Source: a virus
Length of the DNA stretch: 55,055 bases
Virus genome (UHGV): UHGV-0209657
Reading direction: 5' to 3' (one strand)
The notes below the pieces were generated by a model, which saw only the letters and a program-made list of their open reading frames with translations, did not search any database and had not been told where the DNA came from. Shown one piece after another: positions 27,213 to 37,467 of this stretch; position 1 is the first letter of the stretch, and every line of letters begins with the position of its first letter. The position numbers were made by a program, and so were the translations under genes.

Positions 27213-29548
27213 CGGCGAGGTTGCAACATTCCGCCTGGTCTTTGAGATTCCCTTGTTATCATTTTCATGGCTACACGTTCCATTGTTAATTCAAGTCTGC
27301 GGCTGTCTTCGTCGCTGAATCCGTTCGTGGTCTGAATGCTGATACTGACAGGCATACTAATACCGCCACCGCCGCCAATATCACGGCCCGGAATAACTCT
27401 GCCGTTCTCGCCAGGGATCATATATTGATTGCCGTTAGATGTCTGGAATAGCTCCGGCCTGTTGTGTTCCCCTACGCGGTACATATTACCACCAATGACG
27501 CTACCACCATTAAAGCGACCGCCGCCGAAAATTGACGTAGCCAGCGACATGATCGCAGTGAGCGCCGCCGAACCAGCCGCCGCCCAGCTACCGCCAGTTG
27601 ACGCCGCAGTTGCCGCCGCTGCTGGGGCCGCCGCCGCAGCAATGCTTCCCTGAGCTGCTACCGCGCTTGCTGTTGTACTTGTTTGCGTGGCCTTGCTTTG
27701 TGTCTCCATCATGATCTGATCTGCTATCCAGTTTGCAGCTATGTCTGAGAGTCTGTTACCGATATTGCCGAGTATATTGCTTCCTAAGTTAGCAAAAACA
27801 TCACTCAATGATTGAGTGCCGTTTAACAGGCCAACAAGTGCATTGCTCATACCACCTTTAAGGCCATTAACGCAATCACCGATAAGGCTGTTTGTGTCGC
27901 TTTGCGCCTGCCATTGCTCCCACTTCAGATCGCGGATCTGTTGCTCATAGGCTAACAGTTCCTGTTTCTGTTGCGCTTCCGTCACGCCCAGGTCGATAAG
28001 CATTTGCTTACGGACGGCCCATTCATTTTGAACCTGCTGAATAGGGTCTACTTCGCCCTTTAGCTGATCCATCGGGCTTACTATTTGCTCCCATTTGTCG
28101 CGCAATTCCTCTACCGGAATTTGTGCTAATTCTTCCTTTAGTTCCTTACCTATCCCTTTTTGCGCGGCGCGGTACTCAAGGAGAGTGATTTTACCCTGGG
28201 CGAATGCAGCATCAATGGCCTTGCCGCTCTCTAACGCTTTGCGCATAGCGGCGGCGTCTTTGTTGTACTGGTCAGAAACGCTTATACCTTTATCGCCAAG
28301 ACGATCAGCTTCAGATTTCTTCTCTTTTTTCTGTTTTTTCGGTTTGTCTACTGGCTTGTCGAATCCGGTAATCGCTCCGTCATTGGCGGCATTCTGTTCA
28401 TTTTTCCTTGCTTCTTCTGTAGCCTGGATTGCTGCGGTCAGATCATCCTGTAGTTGCATGACCTTGCCAACGGTCTTACCGTATTTCTTCTCGTAGTTGC
28501 TGTTATATTCGTCGGTTTGCTCTCCTACGACCTCCTTCATCCATTTGTAGGCATCCATTAGTGCCTTGATTGGCGTCACCATTGCGATGATCTTCTCGGC
28601 TACCTCGCCAGCCTTGATTCTGACATCTTCAAACATGTCGATGAATTCGCCACCAGCCGTCTTCAGGGTGTTAAAGCAGGTTTTAGCGAAATCAGCGCCT
28701 TCACCTAAAGCCTTAACACCTTTCGTTACAAGATCGATACCAGCAACAACCGTATCGGATACACCGAAAAGATCATCCAATTGCTCAATAAGTCCCATAA
28801 CCTCGACTTTAAGCTCATTCAGGGCCATGCCGGATGTGCGCGGCAACTGCGCAAACTTCTCGTTTGTTTCCTGCGTAGCCGCCTGGATTGCGTTAACCAT
28901 CCTTTCTGCCGTGATCTTACCGTCCAGCATTTCGGCGCGGAATTGGCCCATTGATAACCCCATCTGGCGTGCCATTGTCTGTACGATGGTCGGGGTGTTT
29001 TCTAACAGGCTGTTGAATTCTTCAGCACGCAACACGCCACCGTCGATAGACTGACGGAATTGACGCATTGAGTTTGACATCTGCTCCGCTGACGCGCCGC
29101 CCAACGCCCCCATTTTCTGAATCGTACCTACCAGGTTAAGCAATTGCCCTTCAGTGGCGGACGTGTTCTTCAGTGAGATAGCTAAGCCTTGCCACAGATC
29201 CCCGGTATCCTTCATGCTTTGGCCTGTTTCTTTTGATATTGCTTTCAGGCCATCAAAAACCCGTCCGGCGGACTCCGCATCGCCCGTAAGCATTTTGATT
29301 TTTACGCGAAGCATTTTTGCTTGCTCCGCCATATCCATAAATTGACGCACGGCCTCCGCAGCAATTAGCAAATGGATAACCCTGGTCAGTGCCTTGATGG
29401 ATGTTTTCAGGGTGTTTACCTGGCGGTCAGCCTGTTTTGCGCCGCGCTCTATACGCCCAAAGGCCTGGTCTGCCTGTCGTTGTGCAACGAGAAGTTGACC
29501 AGTTTTCGCATCAACTTCGTAATAAATTGTACCTACACTGGTAGCCAT
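27206..29548 (-). CDS. H: tail tape measure protein
   Basis: 780 aa, coiled-coil/Ala-Gly-rich, upstream of M-L-K-I-J. Confidence 0.85.
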   Translation of the reverse strand: MATSVGTIYYEVDAKTGQLLVAQRQADQAFGRIERGAKQADRQVNTLKTSIKALTRVIHLLIAAEAVRQFMDMAEQAKMLRVKIKMLTGDAESAGRVFDGLKAISKETGQSMKDTGDLWQGLAISLKNTSATEGQLLNLVGTIQKMGALGGASAEQMSNSMRQFRQSIDGGVLRAEEFNSLLENTPTIVQTMARQMGLSMGQFRAEMLDGKITAERMVNAIQAATQETNEKFAQLPRTSGMALNELKVEVMGLIEQLDDLFGVSDTVVAGIDLVTKGVKALGEGADFAKTCFNTLKTAGGEFIDMFEDVRIKAGEVAEKIIAMVTPIKALMDAYKWMKEVVGEQTDEYNSNYEKKYGKTVGKVMQLQDDLTAAIQATEEARKNEQNAANDGAITGFDKPVDKPKKQKKEKKSEADRLGDKGISVSDQYNKDAAAMRKALESGKAIDAAFAQGKITLLEYRAAQKGIGKELKEELAQIPVEELRDKWEQIVSPMDQLKGEVDPIQQVQNEWAVRKQMLIDLGVTEAQQKQELLAYEQQIRDLKWEQWQAQSDTNSLIGDCVNGLKGGMSNALVGLLNGTQSLSDVFANLGSNILGNIGNRLSDIAANWIADQIMMETQSKATQTSTTASAVAAQGSIAAAAAPAAAATAASTGGSWAAAGSAALTAIMSLATSIFGGGRFNGGSVIGGNMYRVGEHNRPELFQTSNGNQYMIPGENGRVIPGRDIGGGGGISMPVSISIQTTNGFSDEDSRRLELTMERVAMKMITRESQRPGGMLQPRRK

Positions 29549-29602
29549 GATTTAACCTCATGCAAAAATGTGATCTGTGTATCTATTTTATACAAAATGG
29601 CT

Positions 29603-29631
29603 TTACTTCAACGACTCCATTTTGTATAAAG
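29603..29631 (+). promoter_or_regulatory. candidate sigma70 promoter for lipoprotein moron (TTTACT - 17 nt - TATAAA)
   Basis: Hexamers with 17-nt spacer; inverted repeat TACAAAATGG/CCATTTTGTA overlaps; CRP-like half-site at 29569. Confidence 0.4.
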
Positions 29632-29675
29632 AAGCCAAAGGGAATGGTCAGTAAATCAAGTTAGCGTGGTGGGTT

Positions 29676-30335
29676 ATGAAACGGTTAGCAAAAGTGGCAA
29701 TGATTGCGGCGGTATTGGGTCTGGTTGGTTGCAATGAGGATAATGAAAAAGCGCCTATAGTGACCACTCAAGAACAACAAGCATTAGCAGAGAAAAATGC
29801 TAAATGGCTTGCAGAACAACAAGCAAAACAAGCCGCATATGAGGCACAGTTAGCAAAAGAAAAAGCTGGTAAACAGTGGCTTGTGGTCGAAAGAAAAGAT
29901 GATATGCAGGACACAAAAAACGTGTTCCTTTTCGTGAAAGCAGAACATTTCAGCGGAAGTCTTGATGCTTTCCCTACACTGAAAGCACGGGATGAAAACA
30001 AACCTGTATTAACAATCGCTTGCCAGGGTAATAAAACAAAAATGTTCGTAGCATGGTCAAACCATGTAACTGACGCTGGGGACACTACTTATATTAACTA
30101 CCGGATCGGCGATCACAAAGCTGTAGCTACTGAATGGAGTCGGTCAACTAACTATAAAGCTCTTGGATTATGGAACGGCAAAAAAGCCATTCCAATGATT
30201 AAAAAACTGGTTAACGAAAAACAATTTATCATTGAAGTAGTGCCGGAAGCTGGCGACATTGAGAAAGCAGTGTTTAACATTGATGGTCTTTATAACCACA
30301 TCGACAAAGTGAAAAACGCTTGCAACTGGAATTAA
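29676..30335 (+). CDS. lipoprotein (signal peptide plus lipobox LVGC)
   Basis: MKRLAKVAMIAAVLGLVGC N-terminus; opposite strand between tape measure and tail chaperone region. Confidence 0.6.
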   Translation: MKRLAKVAMIAAVLGLVGCNEDNEKAPIVTTQEQQALAEKNAKWLAEQQAKQAAYEAQLAKEKAGKQWLVVERKDDMQDTKNVFLFVKAEHFSGSLDAFPTLKARDENKPVLTIACQGNKTKMFVAWSNHVTDAGDTTYINYRIGDHKAVATEWSRSTNYKALGLWNGKKAIPMIKKLVNEKQFIIEVVPEAGDIEKAVFNIDGLYNHIDKVKNACNWN

Positions 30336-30344
30336 GGGTGAAAC

Positions 30345-30665
30345 ATGAAACGCGATGAATGGATGAGAAAATGGGAACATAAACAAGTAGCATATAATCG
30401 CAAGATGAACCGCGAATTTGACTTCGGTGTCGCAGAGCGTGATTGTGGGTATAAAGGAAATCTAAATGGTGCATATGTTCAACATGTTGGCGATAAACAG
30501 TATTATTACATTGTCAACTTCAACCATGTATTGCACGCAGATCTGGTTGTTATTGATGGGAAAACAAAAATAGTAGCGAATAAACGCATTAATAAGAACG
30601 CAGCAATCAATATATTAACAGTGATTCGCACCCAGATGAATGTGCTTTACAAAAAAATAGCATAA
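30345..30665 (+). CDS. hypothetical protein (106 aa), co-transcribed with lipoprotein
   Basis: 9 nt downstream of lipoprotein gene; followed by terminator. Confidence 0.4.
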   Translation: MKRDEWMRKWEHKQVAYNRKMNREFDFGVAERDCGYKGNLNGAYVQHVGDKQYYYIVNFNHVLHADLVVIDGKTKIVANKRINKNAAINILTVIRTQMNVLYKKIA

Positions 30666-30677
30666 GCGAACTTAACA

Positions 30678-30706
30678 AAAACGCCCGGATCTACCGGGCT
30701 TTTTCT
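30678..30706 (+). terminator. rho-independent terminator after moron pair
   Basis: GCCCGG-atcta-CCGGGC followed by TTTTTCTTG. Confidence 0.55.
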
Positions 30707-31368
30707 TGCTCGCGATTTTTCATTCTTTTTAGTATCTCCATAGCACCATTCATTCCATCGTCATAAGCCTTTTTATCCAGCAATACATTTGGGCGTTTTT
30801 GTTTGTTTCTTGCTTCTGGCGGCGTTTTAGCGCGTACAACGGCCCTATATCCGGTCATTGTCATATTCCATGCTTCTGATTCTGATAACCCCAGGTGAGC
30901 TACGGCAGAATAAACGAATTCCAGCACGTTAAAAGTCGGCTTATATTCCCCTTCCCGGATCTCTCCGGCGTCTTCTTCTGGCCCGTCACCGATTAAACCG
31001 TGGTACATGCAATGTTGTGCCAGCGTGATAACGTCACTGGTCGGCATCAGTCCGGGTTTTAGTCGTAACTTGCCGGAAGAAGTTAACCTACATTCACCCA
31101 ATAACGGGGCTATTTCGTCGTCTGAGCAACATTTCAGGATGCGCATTGACGTTTGTACTATCTCACCATAACACCGCGCCATAATGCGATTGCGGAGGCC
31201 TGGATCTGTAGGCAATCGTGATGGGTATTTGCTGCCGTGGATAAGTGCGAAATATTCGACAAGCTCACTATCGTTGCCGATTTTAGCCATCGCAGCAAAG
31301 CAAGGATTAAACTCATAGCGCTTACCGTTCACCACAGCCGCAAATTGTCCTGTACGAACATGGATCAT
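30691..31368 (-). CDS. putative tail assembly chaperone (positional)
   Basis: Between major tail protein and tape measure; ATG at 31366-31368 with AAGGTGA RBS. Confidence 0.35.
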   Translation of the reverse strand: MIHVRTGQFAAVVNGKRYEFNPCFAAMAKIGNDSELVEYFALIHGSKYPSRLPTDPGLRNRIMARCYGEIVQTSMRILKCCSDDEIAPLLGECRLTSSGKLRLKPGLMPTSDVITLAQHCMYHGLIGDGPEEDAGEIREGEYKPTFNVLEFVYSAVAHLGLSESEAWNMTMTGYRAVVRAKTPPEARNKQKRPNVLLDKKAYDDGMNGAMEILKRMKNREQEKAR

Positions 31369-31423
31369 AGTATTCACCTTAAAAGAAAAGGGGCCAAATG
31401 GCCCCGATTGTTAATATTGGCTG

Positions 31424-31900
31424 TTATGCTGGCGGAACGTCGCCTACCGTTACCTTGCCAGCGCTTTCGCACTCAATGGACCAGGTGGAAACATCATCGT
31501 GTGGATCTTCTTCTTTAAAGGAAGTGCAAAGGAATGGGCCTTCAGTTACGTCTACAGGAGAAACGATCTTCAGCCATACATAAGGTTGTGATCCGGTGGT
31601 TTCACCTGGCGTAATTACGTGGCGTTTCAGCGCTTTCTGATTATGGATTTCTTCAGTGCGGGACACACCGTCGCCGGAGAAAGAAACGGATTTGTAAGTA
31701 ACCATTGATTCTTTCGTGTAATCGGCTGATTTATCGGCGGTGGCGTCAGCGGTTTCCCATTCAACGGAAAGTGTTTTACCACGCATCATGCCTAACGCTT
31801 TGTACGCTCCAGTTTCCGGCTTCGCATTTGGACAAGCGATAGCGAAGAATACAGCAACGTCACGGCCTGTAAACGTGCCTTTTTCGCAAGTCTGAGACAT
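31424..31900 (-). CDS. major tail tube protein
   Basis: 158 aa, position and beta-rich composition. Confidence 0.55.
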   Translation of the reverse strand: MSQTCEKGTFTGRDVAVFFAIACPNAKPETGAYKALGMMRGKTLSVEWETADATADKSADYTKESMVTYKSVSFSGDGVSRTEEIHNQKALKRHVITPGETTGSQPYVWLKIVSPVDVTEGPFLCTSFKEEDPHDDVSTWSIECESAGKVTVGDVPPA

Positions 31901-31913
31901 GTTAATTTACCTC

Positions 31914-32300
31914 TTATCTTGATATGATGGTTTGAAAAGCTACGGTAAAAATAAAGCGCCCTTCTCTTGTCTGCATTGCAGGGATAGCGCCAACTGGCTT
32001 CATGTGTGTAATTTTATCAGTTTTATATTCTGTTAACATACTTTGACGGATGGCATCGGCAAGGTCTTCCACTTCACTGATATTTGTATCATTACGCGCT
32101 GAAATAACCAGAATGCGGAAATAATCACGGGTTATTGCTTCTTCACCAGCCGCGCCGCCGTTTTGCTGGATTACGATGTATCTGTCATTATTCGAATTGC
32201 TCCGCTCATTCCAGAAACGGGCCTGCAAAATATAGCCCTCATCGTATCCGTGGGATTGAATCCAATCCCTTATTTCGTCGTATACTTCGCTGCGCTTCAT
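31914..32300 (-). CDS. tail completion / terminator protein (positional)
   Basis: 128 aa ORF directly upstream of major tail gene. Confidence 0.35.
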   Translation of the reverse strand: MKRSEVYDEIRDWIQSHGYDEGYILQARFWNERSNSNNDRYIVIQQNGGAAGEEAITRDYFRILVISARNDTNISEVEDLADAIRQSMLTEYKTDKITHMKPVGAIPAMQTREGRFIFTVAFQTIISR

Positions 32301-32761
32301 GTTTTGTAACCTTCTACAATCTCTTTATAAATATCGTCGGCGTTGTTTGGATCTTCGAATGCCTTGCGCAAGAATTCCGGCTCCGCGTTTGGGTCCCAAT
32401 ATTTACCTTTGCCAGTACCGCCGCCGAACTCAATTACCTGTTTCGGCCCGAAATCTGAAAGGTTATTTGTTTTCCCGAAATGTTCACGCGGCTGGCCTTT
32501 TAATGTGCCTGGCATATTGTGCACCCATTCAGCGTAACGGGCTGTATATCCCAGCCGTAACTGCATACCCTCCGCCGTGTTACCTATATATTGAAATTGG
32601 CTGTTAATTAAAAAACCCGTATCAACTGGTGTCATGTTTGCCGCAAAGCCACCAGCCAGCATACCGACGCGCCATAAAACTTCGTGCGTCTTTTTATCGG
32701 TGATTTCCTTTAGCTCCTGCTTTAATCTCTCACGGACGCGTTTAACTCCCCTGATAGGCAT
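32297..32761 (-). CDS. HK97 gp10-like head-tail joining protein
   Basis: Size, position and recalled family pattern. Confidence 0.45.
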   Translation of the reverse strand: MPIRGVKRVRERLKQELKEITDKKTHEVLWRVGMLAGGFAANMTPVDTGFLINSQFQYIGNTAEGMQLRLGYTARYAEWVHNMPGTLKGQPREHFGKTNNLSDFGPKQVIEFGGGTGKGKYWDPNAEPEFLRKAFEDPNNADDIYKEIVEGYKT

Positions 32762-32763
32762 GA

Positions 32764-33153
32764 TTAACCCCCTGTCACGATCTTATAATCCGGCGTGTCG
32801 TTAAACATGCTCATATCCCATTCAACGATCCCGGTTATAACGTTGGCCCCAGCCGCAAGCGGGTCGGCAATAGCAGTAGTGTCACCAGTGGCAAGCATCC
32901 ATCCTTTTTCCGGGCGCTGTACTGGCTGCATCTTGTGAAGCAGTTCGGTATATACGGTTATTGTGTTGCTCACCTCGTTGCCGTTTGCGTCTGTTGCAGT
33001 TCCGTCAGTACGCTCCCATGCACAATCTACCAGGTATGGCGTACCGTATACATCGGAGTTTGTCCAGTCGTCACGCGTTACGGGGTAAATGGTGGCTAAC
33101 GCCTTGTAAGTAAATCTCGATAGCTTACTCATAGCCGTAACTCCATTTAACAA
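32764..33153 (-). CDS. head-tail adaptor protein (positional)
   Basis: ORF in connector module. Confidence 0.35.
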   Translation of the reverse strand: MLNGVTAMSKLSRFTYKALATIYPVTRDDWTNSDVYGTPYLVDCAWERTDGTATDANGNEVSNTITVYTELLHKMQPVQRPEKGWMLATGDTTAIADPLAAGANVITGIVEWDMSMFNDTPDYKIVTGG

Positions 33154-33316
33154 TTTTCGGATGAGTTTTCGCCACGCGCGGGCAAAGAATTACCCATAAG
33201 CCAGCATCATTGAGGTAGGCCGCCACCTGGCGTCCGCTATCCGTTTTAACCCACACGCGGGTAAATGGTTTCGGCAATACTGGATTTGGTAATGTCAGGT
33301 CGTTCCACATTGTCAC
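33125..33316 (-). CDS. hypothetical protein (63 aa)
   Basis: Small ORF in connector module. Confidence 0.3.
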   Translation of the reverse strand: MTMWNDLTLPNPVLPKPFTRVWVKTDSGRQVAAYLNDAGLWVILCPRVAKTHPKIVKWSYGYE

Positions 33317-33699
33317 ATCCTCCTGCTCTTACCAATCCACAGCCCGGCGTGCGCGGTGTTTTCTGGATCTGCTGGAATCAGTTCGGCTGTACAGTGATGT
33401 TTATCAATGGAGTAAAGCAACGAATAGGCCGCCTTCCATCGTTTGTTGAAATCGACATAGCGGTATGACTGACTCGCACCGTTCGGCCCAGTCTGCGAGG
33501 AAACGTATTTATCAGCCTGGCTTAGTCCTAACAGGCCAATCAGATAAAGCTGAATCAATGTTGCAGTGGAGGCCGGATAGTTGGCATCAAGGCATTCATT
33601 AACGCTATTTGCCTGCTCCACCAGCAAAGATAAGATAATGTCTGGCAGGTCAATACCCTGGCTTTCAAGATATTCCCGCGCCTGTTCTGTAGTGACCAT
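33313..33699 (-). CDS. head-tail connector protein (gp6-like)
   Basis: ATG at 33697-33699; first gene after capsid terminator. Confidence 0.4.
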   Translation of the reverse strand: MVTTEQAREYLESQGIDLPDIILSLLVEQANSVNECLDANYPASTATLIQLYLIGLLGLSQADKYVSSQTGPNGASQSYRYVDFNKRWKAAYSLLYSIDKHHCTAELIPADPENTAHAGLWIGKSRRM

Positions 33700-33711
33700 T
33701 TTGTTTGCTCC

Positions 33712-33746
33712 ACATACAAAAAAAATCCCCGGCATCGCGCCGGGGA
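33712..33746 (-). terminator. terminator after major capsid gene
   Basis: Perfect 8-bp stem TCCCCGGC/GCCGGGGA followed on minus strand by 9-T run. Confidence 0.65.
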
Positions 33747-33764
33747 GTTACAGGAAATACGAAA

Positions 33765-34817
33765 TTATTTGTGACCGTAAACAACACCGGAACGGCCCAG
33801 CATGTCGCAGGTGATTTGTAAGCCTTCGGCAGACATGATTTTGAAGTTGTAGTTATCGGTAGGCATGGTGCGCGGCAGAGGCACTACGCCAGTAGTCATA
33901 CCAACCAGCGGGGTAATGACGTTGCGGCGGCGTTGATAGGCAATGAACTCGTTGCCTTTCAGTGCATAGGTCTGACGGATTTCTTTAACCGGAATGAACG
34001 GTTTAACGATATTCAGAACACTGCCTACGACAGTCCCGTTTGCAATGTGCGGCGCTGCCAGGTTAGCCATAATTTCAGGTGACACCCACATGAGATCATA
34101 CTGGTCAACGCGGTTGTTGCGGGCCATAACACCGAATGCACCAGTGGTGAAGAATTTGATGAGAGCATCGAATCCGTCAGTGGTGAGATCTTCGGAGGTC
34201 ATGACTAGTTTCTGGGTATTGCGGTGATTTTTAATACCCTGGCCAGGTTTACCGTTGACGTTGATTTTTGCGTTACCGTTAAGGTAATAATCAACGCGGG
34301 CCTTGTTGAATTTTTGCAGTTTCAGGCGCTGGCTATCCAGTGCAAGGTCAATACCAACAGTTTTCAGACCTTCGGAATGACGCCAGCTGACACCGTAACC
34401 CGCTGCGAACATCGGGATCGGGTCGCCATCGCTGCCATATTCAGTGTGATCGAAGCCATGCGGGGCTTGACCATCGATACTAACGACAACTTCATCGTTA
34501 ATATCACCGGATACGCTGTACATTTTCTCGGTTTTACCGATTGGCAATACGGTTTGCACAGCCATCAAATCGTTTACGATTTCAATACCAGTCTCTTCGG
34601 TGCTCATTTCGATAATCTGGTTATCGACAGCTTTCCAGAACTCCTGATCGAAGCCGCCAACGGCATTACATGCCAGGATGTCAGCGGTCATGTTTGCCAT
34701 ATTTGCGGCAATAAGAGCGCCGTCCTGATCATTGAACATGTTGCGCTGCGCCCAAAGGTGATCCCACTGGGCACGAATGCGGCTGTTGGTAGCAAGGTTG
34801 TGTTTATTAAACAACAT
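33765..34817 (-). CDS. major capsid protein
   Basis: 350 aa, GAGGTGA RBS, followed by strong terminator, preceded by decoration and protease genes. Confidence 0.8.
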   Translation of the reverse strand: MLFNKHNLATNSRIRAQWDHLWAQRNMFNDQDGALIAANMANMTADILACNAVGGFDQEFWKAVDNQIIEMSTEETGIEIVNDLMAVQTVLPIGKTEKMYSVSGDINDEVVVSIDGQAPHGFDHTEYGSDGDPIPMFAAGYGVSWRHSEGLKTVGIDLALDSQRLKLQKFNKARVDYYLNGNAKINVNGKPGQGIKNHRNTQKLVMTSEDLTTDGFDALIKFFTTGAFGVMARNNRVDQYDLMWVSPEIMANLAAPHIANGTVVGSVLNIVKPFIPVKEIRQTYALKGNEFIAYQRRRNVITPLVGMTTGVVPLPRTMPTDNYNFKIMSAEGLQITCDMLGRSGVVYGHK

Positions 34818-34836
34818 AGTTTTTCACCTCTTATTA

Positions 34837-35238
34837 TTATGCAACGCGGACACGTACAAAATCAGCCGCTTCAAGGGTTACAGTTTCCTGGCAGAAAGCG
34901 AAAACAGGTTCATCAGATGTAACCAATTTAAAGCCACCTTCACCAATGGTGATGGCAGCGTCTTTGGTGTAAGCACCTTCAGGAAGCAGAATCGCAAATT
35001 CACGTCCTTCTTCTGCGTAGTCAGCAACCACGGAATGACCAACCGGGATCGCATCTTCAATGCCTAAACCTTCATGGTATGCCGGGTTAACAACATAAAT
35101 ACGTCCTGTGGTATCAGTTGCGGCAGCGAATTTACCAGACGCCATTTTTACCGGAGTACCCGGCTTAAGTGCTGCGGCAGATACTGCTGTTTCAGTAACG
35201 GATTTGCCGTCAATATTTACACGACGAAAACGGGCCAT
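34837..35238 (-). CDS. head decoration-like protein
   Basis: 133 aa ORF immediately upstream of capsid gene. Confidence 0.45.
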   Translation of the reverse strand: MARFRRVNIDGKSVTETAVSAAALKPGTPVKMASGKFAAATDTTGRIYVVNPAYHEGLGIEDAIPVGHSVVADYAEEGREFAILLPEGAYTKDAAITIGEGGFKLVTSDEPVFAFCQETVTLEAADFVRVRVA

Positions 35239-35248
35239 AATTCACCTC

Positions 35249-36535
35249 TTATGCGAAATAGTTGTTAATGTCAGGGGTGGCAGGTTTATTTCCACCAGCG
35301 GCTGAGTTTGCTGCCATTGGTGCTGCTTTACCCAGGGATTTAAACATTGCGTCTAACGCTTCACCACTTAATGCGTTAGCAACAATTTCGCCGTGTACTT
35401 TTGCTACTGCGGCGCGTTTTTCTGCTTCTTCTTTATTTGCGTTTGCTGCGATCTCTTCTTTAATCGCTTTCTGATTGGTCTGTAATTCTTCAACGCTTGC
35501 CTGTACTGGTTTTAATGCCTCTGCTACTGCATTAGCGATATTGGCGGATAAGCCTTCGTTAATTTCTTTTACCAGTTCGGCGCGTTCTTCTTTGGTCAAA
35601 GGCATGGGATCGTCCTCCGATTTATTGGCCTTAATTTTTTCATTCAGGGAGAAAAGATTAGAAAGGTGTTCAGCGAACTGCGTAAACCAGGATTTACTTT
35701 CCTCGTTGGTTGCAAGCTCGCCATTATTGAGAATAATTTTATCAGCCTGTTTTTCATATGCGCAAACTTGAGCACTTTCTGTATTAGTGGCGATCGTCAC
35801 TTCTTTATCAGTGAAGTCCACCACATACACGTAATCGGCATCAGGAAATAATTCACGCGCCGCGTCGGTTAATTGTTTCTCAAGCGTACGGTAACTGTTT
35901 TCTTTCATTGCCACCGCCATTAACGGTTTCGCCTGGTCAGTATTAACCATCAACCCTACACCCTGTTCAGGTGATGCGGCTGGCGGCTCATGCAGCAAAA
36001 TAGCGTCATGGTCGATCGACATAATTTTTACTACATGGTCAGCGCCCTGGGCTTTCATCTCTTCAGTAGCTGGCATACGCTGACGATATACAGCGACGGA
36101 CGACCAGATAGGATCTTTGCTTTCTCCTTTCTCCAGTGCTTCCAGTCGGGTTAATAATTCACGCCCCTGTTCTGAATGGCTGGCTGTTTCAATATCCACC
36201 CATTTTTCCACATAAACACGATTGCCGCGTAATTCAACGTTTCTGTTCCACGCTCCACAAAACCCGGTGTTCAATCCTTCCGGGCTAAATGCGGAAACAA
36301 ATTTACCGTCAACGGTAGGATGACCCAGCGGGGCGAGTGTCCCCTCCAGTGACTGGTAATTAGCGATAATTTCAGCTTCCGGGTAATATTCACGATTCAT
36401 AACGATATTGAATGGCAGCGTATATGATGGCACAACAATGTGCTCGCGTCCGTTATAAGTTTCCCGGCGTATGGTATTAGCGGTTAATTTGGTATTAACC
36501 TGAATCAGTTCTTTACTCACGGTTTTTACTCCCAA
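35249..36535 (-). CDS. prohead protease / scaffold-like protein
   Basis: 428 aa with coiled-coil Ala/Glu/Lys-rich C-terminal half; between head morphogenesis and decoration genes. Confidence 0.45.
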   Translation of the reverse strand: MGVKTVSKELIQVNTKLTANTIRRETYNGREHIVVPSYTLPFNIVMNREYYPEAEIIANYQSLEGTLAPLGHPTVDGKFVSAFSPEGLNTGFCGAWNRNVELRGNRVYVEKWVDIETASHSEQGRELLTRLEALEKGESKDPIWSSVAVYRQRMPATEEMKAQGADHVVKIMSIDHDAILLHEPPAASPEQGVGLMVNTDQAKPLMAVAMKENSYRTLEKQLTDAARELFPDADYVYVVDFTDKEVTIATNTESAQVCAYEKQADKIILNNGELATNEESKSWFTQFAEHLSNLFSLNEKIKANKSEDDPMPLTKEERAELVKEINEGLSANIANAVAEALKPVQASVEELQTNQKAIKEEIAANANKEEAEKRAAVAKVHGEIVANALSGEALDAMFKSLGKAAPMAANSAAGGNKPATPDINNYFA

Positions 36536-37467
36536 TCTTCGCCATATTTAGCGTGCGCAACTTTATAGTTTTCTTGCGCCCGATCTAATATTCGTTCGTT
36601 TAATATGTTACCGTCTTCGTCAACTAATACGGTAATCGTGCTACATTTGCAGTTAATTGAATTAGGGGATCTACTCCACCATTCGCGCTGCTCATCTATG
36701 GTGTATGTTTTACCGTGCCGCTGCGCGTGCGATAGCCTGGTAGTCGGTGATAATGCCGAAATGTGCATTTGCATAGTGCGCAGATTAAATTCTTCTGTCG
36801 CCGCTTCTGCCTCATCCATACGCGCTGTGCGTAACGCTGTGCATATTTCAGTTCGAGCAATACGTTTACACCTGTATAGCGGTAATTGCGTCTCCTGATT
36901 CAATGTGCGCGCTATTTCCAGTGGGTTTAAACCACGGGCCATGCCTTCAGTTAATCGCCGGGCCATATCCTTTTTGATCTGTGCGGTCAGCCCGCGCATT
37001 TCCTCAAATACACGGGTACGGACCAGAGCAAGGCGTGTTCGGTAAGTTGTACTGGATAACACGGCAGATACATCAGGGTAGGCGCTTGAGTACGTGACAG
37101 ACTGGTTAGCAAGGTTGGCATGTTCCTGTGCCGTGCCGCGCTGATAGGCCACCTTCACGTAATTCTGCCAGAACCAGAAGTTTTCCTGGTCTGTTAGCTC
37201 GAATATCTCATCAATCATGTCGCTGGCATCCTCCAGCATGTCGTGAAATTCATCCATGTAAATCTGAAAGGTGTATTTCTTATTAACAGCCAGGCTATAT
37301 TGTATCCTGTCCAATATGGCGATATATGGATCGGCTACTTTTTTCAGGCAGGATTTGAAACGCTTAATAGCGCCAGACCTCAACCTCCCTGTCATGGTCG
37401 GGTCTTCGGTGTTAGATGGCATTATCGCGGCTGGAGGTATTCGCCTGATTATTTTCTTCACCTTCAT
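36526..37467 (-). CDS. minor head morphogenesis protein (Mu F-like)
   Basis: 313 aa directly after portal; recalled F-like family pattern. Confidence 0.55.
   Translation of the reverse strand: MKVKKIIRRIPPAAIMPSNTEDPTMTGRLRSGAIKRFKSCLKKVADPYIAILDRIQYSLAVNKKYTFQIYMDEFHDMLEDASDMIDEIFELTDQENFWFWQNYVKVAYQRGTAQEHANLANQSVTYSSAYPDVSAVLSSTTYRTRLALVRTRVFEEMRGLTAQIKKDMARRLTEGMARGLNPLEIARTLNQETQLPLYRCKRIARTEICTALRTARMDEAEAATEEFNLRTMQMHISALSPTTRLSHAQRHGKTYTIDEQREWWSRSPNSINCKCSTITVLVDEDGNILNERILDRAQENYKVAHAKYGEDWE

Noticed and set aside
27429-29054. Plus-strand ORFs 27429-27653, 28095-28496 and 28566-29054 inside the tape measure gene
   Set aside because: Antisense frames of the tape measure gene with low-complexity translations; the minus-strand 780-aa ORF with RBS and tail-module context is the real gene.
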